Origin: Fimbriosthenelais zetlandica
Lineage: Eukaryota
Length of the DNA: 64,000 bases
NCBI GenBank assembly: GCA_977030845.1
Contig: OZ365115.1
Span: 8,804,001 to 8,868,000 of the forward strand
Reading direction: 5' to 3'
Below are positions 13,390 through 26,000 of the stretch, one piece after another. The position numbers were made by a program, and so were the translations under genes. Under the pieces are notes generated by a model that was given only the letters and a program-made list of their open reading frames with translations, made no database searches and was not told where the DNA came from. Position 1 is the stretch's first letter. The number at the start of each line of letters is the position of its first letter.

Positions 13390-16300
13390 CCTACGCACTC
13401 TCCCACCCACACACCAAACTTCTACCTTTCATCCTCCAAACTAATTCCAAAGTTATGAAGACATTAATTATCAGAGAAATAACAGTTTGGCCTGCGTGCC
13501 ACATGGTCAGCATTATGTAAGCTTCTTTTAATGACTTAACTGAGATGAATCCATTAGTGGAAGTGTATGTGTGGTGTGTGATGGTGTTAAGATTGGTTTC
13601 ACCTGGTCTCCACACCTGCTTTTATCCTCACACATATACATATAATGACGTCTACCATCTGTCATACAATAGACTATAGCCCCACCTCAAATCCCCTACT
13701 TGACACTCATGCACTTTAACACTTTTATGTAAGTTTTAAATTAGACCACATACCTGTTTAGCGTCCCATATTAACTATATTTTTATGCTCCGACATATTT
13801 TAAAGAACAGGGATTTACCAAGCAATTGTCATTTCTATTATTTAATTTCTATCTTGAAAGTCTCAATACATGATCTTTTATACCTGCTTAACTTGACTGC
13901 AATTATCTTGATCCACACTCGTCACCACTCAAAAAACATATCCCATCCATCCGAGCTGAAAATGATGAATAGATGGACCAATCCATGTATTCACCCATCC
14001 AATAATAACGAACAGAAAAAACTAAAGTGATTGACTATATCAAGGATTTTGTGTGGTCTCACAGGACTAATCATGCAGTTTAGATTTTTTTTCTGAATAC
14101 CAATATACCTTAGCGTGTATATAGCACTAAGTAGTAGCGACATGCTATCAAGGTGTGTTGTATATAGCTGTAGGTACTTTGATGTCATGTATATATTGTA
14201 CTGGTCATGAGCTTGTCTACCTCTCCATCGCCTGTCAGGCAGCCATCATTCCGCCTCCAAACACATACCTGTACATTCCACAAACATAACGCAGCGGGGA
14301 GCCACTGGCAGATATAGCCACACTACACTGCCATAAAGAAACTTACCCCACTATAACTGTGCTAAATGTGAGCTCCGCTCATATACATGTATATAGTGCG
14401 ACATTTTAACTTTGCTATAAAAAAAAACTTACTCGGATTTAGGCCTATTCATAAGGGAACAAAGCATTGGCTTATGATGGTTGTTTCAAGCCAGCACTGC
14501 TCGGCTCCCAATCAAAATGCAGAATCTCAGATCTTCAAAACAAACTTTAATTGGTTTTGGCAAGACTTGAAAGATTTTGCTTCCTTTACCAAGACATTTA
14601 ATGATCATCTAACATGAAATAAATCATTCGTGTCTTTGTTACTCAGTCCGAGAAACGTACAACTTCAAAAGCCAATCCAACTCCCTTTGTTCCCCCATGA
14701 TTGAAAATACCACAGAAGCTAGCGGCCAACTTTTGACAGTTGGTTTACGTAGAGTTACATAAACTCCCAATGTCATTGTGTCTCAATGGCTGACAATTGT
14801 ACATGCTTTGTTGCTACCTAAACCCCTGCCACGAGGCCCCAGCAGCTGCTATATTGTTTCCTCTATACCCTCAACCATTTACCCCAACCCTATCCCCATC
14901 AACACCCCCCCCCCTGCCCCCGCCCTATACCTTTACCCATATACCAGCTGCACATGTGCGCACTACCCCTGCTACCCACCCCAACCCTTTATCCTAAGCC
15001 ACACCCCCTTTTTATATTATCCCCGAATGTTTAATTGCCAATCCGCTGCTGCTTGTGCTTGAGTTAGGCAATTTTTCCCCTTTCTATCGCATCACTGCAA
15101 TTCATTCAATTCCTGGCTCTAATCTTTCCACTATACAACAACAGATTGCTTCCCCGTCACTCCCTACCATGGTATGTAGTCTCCCATTTCATTTGTGCTC
15201 CCCCGTCCTAATTATTTCCCACAAGTGAAACTTGAGGCACATTCTTCTCCTGCGTGCCTTTTTGAACGCTCTTCCAGTGGGAAACCTCACCTATAAATTG
15301 TCCCAGATCAGGGAGAGATAGTTTGTGCCTTCTTCTTCATTGGCTTCCCCATCCCATCCCACCACCCCCTCCTCATACCATGTGATGCCATAAGGCCACA
15401 CACACCCATCCACAAACCGAGGCACGTCCCCCCTGAAGAGTGGGTATGAATACATGTGTGAGTGAATGAGTGAGGGAAGAGAGAAGAGGACGCTCCCGGA
15501 TTCCCTTTCACTATACTACTACAACACTCACACAAGCACCCGCCTGGAGGGAACCTCTCCCGCGCTCCCTGATTAATAGTTATAATCATAATCGGATCCC
15601 ACTCGCGGGCGGTCGCCGGAGCAGCAGGTTTTACTTGGCCTATGTGAGGAGAGAGTGTGTGAGAGTAGAGGATGGTTGTTTACACTTCTTCCACAGGGTC
15701 AACCACCGCACTGAGTGACAGCAACCAAAGCTGGCAGTAAAGTACCGGGGTATAGGATTATAGTACCCATAGCTCTGATAACGTCTTATCATTGTCCATC
15801 CTTGTATGCAGCAACATGGGTCGTCTGATTGGATCTATTGGCCATCATAGGAGTCAATGCATCTATTTAATGCTATAAACACAAGGATTAAGGCATATCG
15901 CGTTACAGGCATTTGCATTGCTGTATCAGCATATATTCTATATGAAGGATAAGGTTACTTTGTCCATCACAGTGATTATAAGTTTGGTACCTTTGTGAAA
16001 ACCGTCCTGACACTTTTTGTGATTTTACGCATGTTTTCAAGTTCTGAGGAAAACTTAAGTCTGCCCACCTGGCCATTGATTCTCACTGGAACTATTGTAT
16101 TGGACGAATTGGACTGCTGGTCAATCTAGGATATTATACTGTGTATACATCTAGTGGTCAGTGGTCATCCACATTGTGTATGTGTATCAGCTGTAGAGTG
16201 ACCAGTACCCAGCATCATGTGGACAGGACAGGACATTGTCCAGTCCAGGTTTGTGGAGGATTACTTCGCTGTAAACCTTTACGAAAGGTTACGGACTCAA

Positions 16301-19283
16301 TTCTATGGATCATGCTTGGTAGGTTTACATTGCATAACAAAAAGTATACGTTTCTTTACTCTCATCAAAACAACAGCATCCATTTCTACTACACTTCACT
16401 TCACTTTGAATGAATCCAAGCAGAAACCCGTCCCCTGGATGTGCCTGTGATGAAAGAGTTAAAAAAACAACTTCACTAATTGTGTTTTTGGTCACGAAAT
16501 TGAAACCCTTTTAATCCTGGCCACAGGGTGCATTAGGCAATTTGCCCCCGGGGATTCTGCAAGATCCCCTTTCCCTGAAAACAATAACCTGGGGTATTTT
16601 AACCTGTCCAATATGTTTTCCTAATGAAACATGCCTTTTATTTGTGTCCTCTGATTACCTTTTGCTGCCATGAACCATCATAGCAGCGGTCATCGACCAC
16701 AGTGGACAATGCTGCCTCTGGTTCTTGTGGTCAATTCCATTCTCTGCAGATTGCATTGCTTTTCATTGCCGCAAATGGCTTCAGGATCTATACCACAGCC
16801 ACCCCCCTTGAACTCCACCCCACATCCCCTCTTGTTTTCATTGCCCACAAGTTCCGCTTGCCGAGAAAACCCATTTGTTGTTTGGTGCATTAAGATCTCT
16901 CTCTGAATCTCCCCCCTCTCTCTACCTCCAACTCTCCGCTCAGGTCCTCAAATCTGGGTCAAGTGACGCTCAACGTTGTCATGGATACGTCCCACTCAGT
17001 TTCACTAAAGGCCCTATTGCGCATGGATTGAATTACTGTATATAAACCCTCAACTGCGTATTTCCCAAAAGGTGGATACCTCACTATTATATATGATCCA
17101 ATGCTAGAATTACCATACATATAGGTTTCTGCTCATGTAGTCTTGGTAATATGAATATGACTTTATTGTTACAAGATATGTATTTGAGCTATTCTTTCAG
17201 AACCCATATTGCAGCTCAAATTCCAATTTCCATGTGCAATACCTATTTCTGCCTTTTAATACCCATGTGTATACTTAGTTACACCTTTCGGGTTTTAATA
17301 CCTTTAAAACCATTAACGATGACCATGCAATGGTTTGATTCATCAGATAAAACTCATCAGTATAATATAACCTGTGGGACTATCTGATTATCAGATAGCC
17401 ATCACCCTGCGCATAACATTATTTACTTAATACATGCGTGGCCTGTAGTCCCTGCCTTTGTACTGTGAATGTATTTACATGGACATGCATACAGAGAGAG
17501 TGACAGAGAGCATAGGGAGAGAGAGATGATGGGGACTCCATATTAAGCATGCACATGGTCAGTTCTGTGAGGTCGGGGGATGGTAGTAGTATAGGGAAAT
17601 GCCTGTAAAGTAACGGTACCTCGGTGCTGCCTCACCCCACAACCTGTCACTAACATTAAACCACCCAGGTCTCAACCCAATAATGCACTCGTTTGAAGGC
17701 TATGCTATTCTGTATTTATCAGCACTGGGCCCGCTCTATTGCCTCTTTCATTTAGTTTGATTCCTCCACTGTGACCGCGCCAGATGTGACTTGCCTTCCT
17801 ACCATTGCCTGCAAATCATCCCAGGCCTGTCTGATTCGTCTTTCCAGGGTCCAAACACTTTAGGTTATCATATCTTGGTCCGAAATAACTACACCAGTTA
17901 TTTTACCACACATTTAATAAACGTAATTATAAAATACATTGTATATTGCACATTGCTCTTTTCAAATGAGCTAATCCTTTTCCTAACACAATGAAAAGTG
18001 AAAATGAAGTTACTTTGAGGTACATTTCTTGGACAATTCTAGCTGTCTAAACATAGAAAAACAATAATTGGAAGATTATTTAGAATTTATCTTCAGAATA
18101 ATATTGAGGTCATTATGAAACCAGAGGTGCAAGCCTACATATGGGAGTCAGAAATCTGTTTTTGGTTTGACCACCGGTCATTTAAACACACCTTATAGAT
18201 ACTCCTCAAATTGCAAGTTTGATATGGAGGGCAGCAAGTGCTTGGTCTTCATGGAAATCAGTGGTAGCCATAGGCTTTATACAGGGGGAAGATGTGAATA
18301 GAATGAAGGCTCCCAGGACACTATAAAACCATGAGTACACCATACTCCACCCACCCCCACCTCCCACACAGATAAAGCCAGCAGTGGAGGTCATGATAAG
18401 ATAAATAGATACTGGACATCCATGCCACACTGTCTGCTCACCGCATCACTCTGACATTGATGACCATTGGGTATTTGAGTATGGTCTTTCTTTTGCAATG
18501 ATGAAAGCCATAACGACCTATCTAGAGACGGCTGGATGGTGTTCATTGACACATTATGAACGCGTCTGATAGCTGTTTTGTGGTGGGTCCGGCCATGACC
18601 TTTGTTCGCACATTAATGACCTTTTTGCATTAGTTATGAAGTCTTTAATTGCCCTTTCTCATGATTGCTTTGGCTCTGTAGGATATTCTTATGACCATAT
18701 ATCAGATCTTAAAGCATGTTGTCCACTTAGGGTATAGGCCTAAGCTACTGTTTTTATCCAATGTACAGAGCGGCATTGTCTGTACTAATGAAGCCTTGGG
18801 GAATGAACTAGTTTGTATAAAATGGTATGAATATCTGTCCTCTCTCACTCTCTCCCTTCCTTCTCTCTCTCTCTCTCACTCTCCCCCTTCCTTCTCTCTC
18901 ACTCACTTTCTCTCCTTTCTCCAACTGATTGCTTCCTCAAATATTGCCCTGAAGAGAACTACTTTCCCATTGGGGAACTAATATAAAAACCTAACCCTTC
19001 ATATCCATCTTTTCTCCTTTATTTCAATGACTCTTTCATTGCCATTCCATTGTCGGCCTCGGCGTTAGGACCCAGTGTTAATGGCCCAAATGAAGATCGT
19101 AATGGAAGTTAGTGTTTCTTTGCTGGCACTGCAAAGTACGCCTATAACTTTGCGCGATGCAACCGCCTTTAGTTCCAAAGCACCACACTAGAGCAGCGCT
19201 GATTATCATTCTATTGCCCTGCCTTCAGTAGTCGCTTCCTCTATTGAAATCTGAATTTAATTGAAAGGATTTGGCTCTGCCTG

Positions 19284-19297
19284 GTTGCCATGGTAAC
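19284..19297. promoter_or_regulatory. RFX X-box (GTTGCCATGGTAAC)
   Basis: Exact match to the near-palindromic 14-bp X-box consensus GTTNCCATGGNAAC. Confidence 0.65.
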
Positions 19298-19782
19298 TTA
19301 TGATAGACGTGCCTATAGGTTTGTAGGTTGGGAGCTGAGAGTGGGTGGGTAGAACTAGAAGGGTGGGGTGGGTGGGTGGTGGTGGGATGCTTCAAGGCGG
19401 AGCTTGTGTTAGAGAGGTGCTGAGGGGACAAGTAATGTTCACTACCTTCAAAGCTATCAAACTGCTTCCTACTTCTCGGGGCTGCTGTTTACTCTCTCTA
19501 ACCCTCTCCCTTTACTCTCCCTTTCTTCCCCGCTCCTCCCTTTTTCTCCCGTATCAGCGATTGTTGATTGTACCCGTGTCCGAACCCAAACCCGCGGGGC
19601 CGGCGGGGGTGTTGGTTGCACCGCAGTATAGTCCCACATCTCATCACTGATCTCTTTATCCTTATTGCATTGGCTTGAATTGAGGCAATATGCTGCTAAT
19701 GACAATTTACTGAAAGGCCAAAGCTCCCTGCTTCAAAAACAGATGAGAATATTGGCCCTATAACAAAGTGTGTTCAAACTCG

Positions 19783-19868
19783 CTCACTCACCCATACACC
19801 TACTAACCTGTTCATTCACTCACTCATTCACTCACTCACCCCCTCACTCACAGTCGCAAACTCACTCA
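19783..19868. repeat. Degenerate (CACT)n microsatellite
   Basis: Repeated cactcact units. Confidence 0.75.
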
Positions 19869-22531
19869 TCCACTTTCTGTCCAACTCACCCACATTATTT
19901 GCCAGGAAGTATTTTGCCATTAACTGAATCAAGTCACCGGTTAATAGTGTAAAACATTCATCCCTTCCAATAAACAGCTTTGATAGCAATCATTCCCACT
20001 GATAGCAGCACTTACTCTCTCTAATGGAAAGTTAAACATCCTTTTTACCTACCGATACAAAATACTAGATCAGTACCATTTGCTCTACATGCCATAAAGA
20101 TATAGCCACCAATATATTCTGTGGCGCTGGCTCTTGTACCCTACCTACCCTACCAACTACCCACCCAGCATAAGGACATACTAATGTACCCTCCACCAAC
20201 AAAGATGTATACACACAATGATAAAAAGATAGTTTAAACAAGAGATGAAAATAATGTGTGGTGGGTGCTAGTGCTGCTTCAAGCAGGCCGCGTCCAGTAT
20301 TGATCTTTCTTTACCATCGTCCTATAAGTCTGAGAGCACTTGAGGAGCACCTCGCGAGGTATCTTATTGAAAAACTCCGATTAAAAAAAGAGAAACTGCA
20401 CCCTTCGGTGCTGTAAACCTAATATTTGCTTTCATGTATGTAGAAATTATCCCAGTTTTTTCACATGATGACTTTCAACGTGTTTTTATCCATTGGCTCT
20501 GCTTCTCTGTACTCAAAGAGACCCAGTGCTTTAGAAAGTGACAAGCATAGAATGGAGCAGTCCAATTCCTCCTCTGCATCTGATGACATTGATATATGAG
20601 TTGATATTGGGTTGCCATTCACTGCAACATATAAAAGACACTAAGGGTTGGAGAGAGAGAGGGAAGCTCGGACTTTTGAAGGGAGGTTGTAGCACGCAAT
20701 GGCCCTTTTTGAGAGTTGTTCCTTTATGAGTTGCTCCTTCCACTGACCTAAATTAGATAAGTGCTCTTGTCAAGAAGCAAGGCAAGGGTCTTCCTACTTA
20801 AATATCCTGCTCAACAGTTCCCTGCTTCGCCAGTCCCTCGGCCTCAGCCAGGGTCAATTGATCTAGGCTGGTTGTCAGAATTGTTTGAGGCCGACAGGTT
20901 CTTGATCACAGGGACGTGGGCTGGACTCTGGCATGAGAAGCGGTCACTCACTTTGCTTGGCCTCCCATCAAAGCTGGTGGCCCGGGTTACCTTGGAAACA
21001 GGCCAGTTGCTACATATCAGCAAGCACTTTGCTGAGTGATCTGCCGTGCTTCGTTCAGAAGATGGGCCTATTACTCCCAATCTCTGCGAAGATTTACCGA
21101 TGGCAGGTCAACACTGACTTTCGCCAAAAGTAGTTGACCATTTTGTCCAGTCATTACTCAGTCATCAGTCATAGAGCCCACTAAGAGTTTGATATTAATG
21201 CATTGCCTTTCTTTATGCCTGTTTGATCCTTGTTATTTGGCCCTGTGTCTTCAATCTATCTATAAAAGGAATGTAGAAGGAAAACAGGGTAGCGCATCTA
21301 CAAGCTGCCATCGAGGATAGTAGATTATAATTGTAAATGTAGTATCCTTTTTGCCACTGGTGATTCGTTCGTTCAACTCTGGTGCAAATTTGAGCGAACA
21401 GGTTGACTTAAACAGGTTCAATGACCTCATCGCCCAGTTTGTTCCCGAGTCCTTGCACTCTTGTGGTAAAATCGCTACACTCTAAAAACAAACTATCATT
21501 TTCTCAAAAGTTACTCGAGAACAATGCTTTATGCAATGCCATTTACCGCTCGCAGTTGCTGAAAGTGTAGTGCATTTGTGCAATGTTCCCAATTGATGGC
21601 TGGATGAAGGGTGAACATTATATGAGGCTAGCTTTATGACAAATCCGCCTCTCCTGACATGGTCCCATCATCTAGGTAGAACCACGCTGCCTTTAGAACT
21701 TGTCCTGTCACTGATCCAAGTACACAACCTGCCATTTGTGCATGTTCCATGGTCACTTATTTTTAGGTCAGGAAAAGTAGGCCATGTTTTATGGCACTTT
21801 GACAAATGGTTGGATAGGTTTCAGATTAACCCGTGACTAATGTTAGGTCGGATGGCAGTGGCGTTGACCTCTAATGATGATTTAAAATGCTGGAAATGAC
21901 CCTTCGTGCCCTTTACCAGCTTAATGAGGGGAAGTTATATTGAAATCTGAAGGCTTGATCTTTTCTCCAAAGAGTCTTCCTACTTAAATGCATTGTGTTT
22001 GAAAAATGATGGGAAAACACTTTTTGACTCATTGCTGAAAGTTTAAATTGCTAAAATCTGCAGTTAACCTGCCGTTTATGTGATCCCAGAGGACTGAAAT
22101 TGGACACAGCTGGAAATGTTTCCGAGATGCATTAAACTTGAACGATTGCTGAAAAAATGTCTTTAGGATTTAAATCTTTCGATAAAGTTCCACTTTCGGT
22201 AAAGCTACGTAGGTAATTAGATTAAGTTTGAAAGGGACAATTCAAGACTAGGTATAAAGCTATATTATATTACTAGCTAGTTCTAAACTTAGATACTTGA
22301 CTTCACTAAGAATTATAACTGTCTGATATCTCAGTAAAGCGAAATCAAATCATAAACATGATCATTCGCCCTTGAATAAGAGATTCATGGGTTTAAGATT
22401 AATGGGATCAGCCATCTTATGACTTAAAACGTTAACACATCAGAGAGGGGTTAGGAATAATGTAACCGTTTCATATTCCTTTAAATATTTAGAATTGATC
22501 TGTATTTTTAAATTACCTTCGTCTCTTTCAG

Positions 22532-23047
22532 GTGCTGTCTCCATCACCCGCTCATCAACCTTTTCACCTGCCTACACGTGTTTCCCTGCCCCCACCACAG
22601 ACAGCCCCCACTAACCTCTCTACAAAAGGTCCTAACGCAGCAACATACGTTATCACCAATAACAATAACAATACGGTGCTCACCTCCCCTACCTCCATCA
22701 TCACCCCCAGCCCTAAACCAGCTCACACCAACAATAACTCTACTACAATCACACATAATGGTCAGTCAAACCATGCCCCCACACCGCCCCCACCCCTCTC
22801 ACAACCCCGCCCCTTACTCTTACCCTCACACCCCCAGCCTCCTCCCTTACGATCCCCGCCCCCGGCTCCTACGTCTACTCCCTCGCCCAGTCAAGGGGGC
22901 GTGGCCACACTCATGACAGTTCAAGGGGGCGTGATCAAGACGCACCTATCACCTGTGGTGAATGCCACGGCACAATTAGCTGCTGCGGCTAGGACGGGTT
23001 CTCCACCAATTCGTGTTCCAACATACAGCAGGCCTTCTATACTCCAG
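22532..23047 (+). CDS. PHF21A: PHF21 exon, Pro/Thr-rich low-complexity region (VLSPSPAHQ...RPSILQ)
   Basis: tctctttcag acceptor, 172 open codons, gtcagt donor; phase 0-0. Confidence 0.75.
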
Positions 23048-26000
23048 GTCAGTGCTTGCCACTCTTCAGTGCTAAACAAATGAGGCATCTCTGTCATGTG
23101 GTTCAATCAGTTGATGCTCAATTAACGCAACAAGTTATACCAACTTATAATATGGCAATAAACTTCAAGTTATTCAATCTTCAGGGTCGGGTTTGTCGTC
23201 GAATTGATGCAATACACATCTTTAAATACTACATAAAACCTAAATTATTTTCCTCTTGAGGTTCTATTTAAACCCATTATTGGTTAATCATACCGATATG
23301 GTTCCATCACTGGACTATTGAACATGACGCCATGATCTTGTTGATGTTGACTAGGTGAGTGGTAGGAGGACGCCTGTTATGAGAGCTGTCAATGTACCTC
23401 CTGTACGTAAATCTTCTGACTCCGATATCACAGACGTCAAGAGATTAGCCATCGAGAGGAAGCAACTCTCTCCTGAGGAGAAAAAGGTATGAAAAAACCC
23501 ATCCATGATAGGCCTATGCACTGATAATTATGTTCTGGGTTCAGTTCTTGGACTCAACAAGTTGACATATTATGTGCATGGGGCTGCTTTGTAATTCCAG
23601 ATATGATTTTTACTCTCATTTCCAATGGATGCCTTCAATATTATACTGAACTATGGATTTTATTGAAAATTAGTTATGCATAATATATGCAGTGACTCAT
23701 TTTCCGGACAGTGATTGATATCTATGATTGTACTACTGAAGGATGCCTGTTACGAACTTTACGTTTGCTCTTTCAGAAACAGGAATACATGGCCTGCCTC
23801 GACCTAGTAACACATGACACTTTAAAAGGTAAGGGTAAGGGCCAACCTGTAGAGCTCCAATGTCATAAAAGCCTAGCTGGAGCATGGCGATCATATTACA
23901 TGTACAAGTCAAAAGCGGAGCAGGTCATCCGATGGTTTGCTCACTTACCATTGTTACCTTTGCTTTGCTTTAGGTGGGAGTCAAGGTTTCAAAAGCTTTT
24001 CTACTGAGAAATGCATCGTCTTTAATAGATTAATAGATTCTCATTTTGAAAAGGAATCAATTTCTGAGGTTCCTTTGATACATATGATTTAAGAGGCAAT
24101 TCAAATATTCCAGTGAGTTAATAATGTTCTCGTTTATTTTCAGAATTACAAAGTAAACGGTCGGAGAGGAAAAGGCGAAGCACGGCTAACCCTCAGTTCA
24201 GCTATGGTCACTTTGAACCAGAGGTAAACAACCCACAAGCTATAATATTTATTCCACACCTTCCCAACCCTTGTCACTAGCAGTGTTACTAGATTTACAT
24301 GTTGTCCACTTCTCTTCCTAGTTTATTCTTTGTTATCGTCTTTTTGCATTTTATTTAATGATTTTCTGTCGTTGTTTAAGATACGTTTTCCAGTTTACGA
24401 TTCTCTTCATTCTATTTTTCACTGATCATGAAGTCACTTACTTTGAAGTTCAGCCTGTCATTCTGGACTGCCGTGAGTGGATGGCTTATTTTGTATGTAC
24501 TTGTCAAGACCCTCTGTACTTGATGAGATGTCTGAGAGGGCTATAGAGGGGTCTTCAGGGGCAGTGCTTGTCTCTGTCTCTCTCACAATGGACTAATGTC
24601 AAACATACTTTCTTGTAGCGGAAGCGCGTGGTGGGACAGTATCTTGCCAAAACGGCCAACAATCAGGGTCCAAGAAAGCGAGGTGAAACCTTAGTTTATG
24701 CTACCATAATACTAACTAATACCCTTCAAAAACTACCATTGCCTTGCCACTTATAATATCATATTTAAAATCAAGACATAACTAAAATAAAGTACTATTT
24801 TACCATGTTTCTACCACATGTCCCTAGGTTAACCCGAGTAAAATTAGTATCCAATATCCTGATCAAAAATTGAAAATGTTGAAAGAAACTGTTGATCCTT
24901 TAAACCCTGCCTCTGTGTTTGATCTGCAATAATGTTTGAAATCCTGGCTTTAAATCTCGTGGAGGAGTTGAGGCATGCAACTTAATATTAATGATAATTA
25001 ATGTCTTTGATGATTGCCCCCCTTCCTCCTCCCCTTGCTCACTTCATTTTGCAAGAGGTAAAGTTCCATACACAATGCATAATGAGTCTTTTGTTTAACC
25101 CAATTTGACTAAATGCACTAATGGATCTCTCCAATGAAAACCAAGACATATATTTGTGCAGAATTTAGTTTGAAATGGTACTTTTCCATCTACTGCAAAT
25201 ATCATGGGGAAACTTTTGATTAGTTCCCTAGTCTCCAGGTACTTTGGACATTGACTGGGAGGATTTCTAAATCGGAAGACAGCCTCTGATGGAAAGAAAA
25301 CATCATAAATTATCCCCTAACAGATTAAAGGTCAGGGCATCTCAGCGCCTCTTTGAAGCTTAAAATCCCCTGACTTTTATGGCTGGCGGGAATCATTGAA
25401 ATTTATCAGAGCTAGTGTAATATTTTTACTTGGATGAACAAGAAAGACTCTGCGTCCTTTCAAACGACTAAAAAGGTCGCCTTTTGCATAAGGGAAATGA
25501 GGCCCAGGAAAACGCCTGGAGAATATTTTATCATCCAGATTCTGTCTCCAAATGACATTTACAATGCTGAGATCATGAAAGGTGCATCCTGAACTCCTCT
25601 CAAGCGATATTTTTTCTCCAAAGTAAACACAAGCCAGATTAAAAGATGGTTTTGGGTGATTCCATCTCGAAAGGTCCACTGCTTGATAATTGCACTCTGA
25701 AGTCACGTAAAAGAACTTAGCAAAGATTCCCCGAGCATAGATGCAGTCAGAAAAAATACTTGTTAGGTCTAATGAGCATCAGAAGCAGCTTATTAATTTC
25801 CCAACAAATGATAGTCAATAGACATTGATCAAAAGAGTGTGGGATTATGAAAGTAATAAGAGATGCACTTGGGTGAATACTGAAGCTCCCAGGCCTGCTT
25901 TTAATCTTACATAGACTACATATACCTATATTCTCTCTGATTGCTCAAATTAGCTCAATTAGTAAGCTTTGTTTTTTGGAAAAGGAAACATATAAATTCA

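Noticed and set aside
15697-16990. Acceptor-like sites at 15696 and 16943 after pyrimidine tracts
   Set aside because: No frame-consistent coding exon or convincing donor; may be UTR or cryptic sites.
1-22531. Search for the PHF21 N-terminal coiled-coil exons (MELQ.../NADLKKQLHELQ...)
   Set aside because: No matching exon found; they are probably upstream of the window or too diverged to see by eye.
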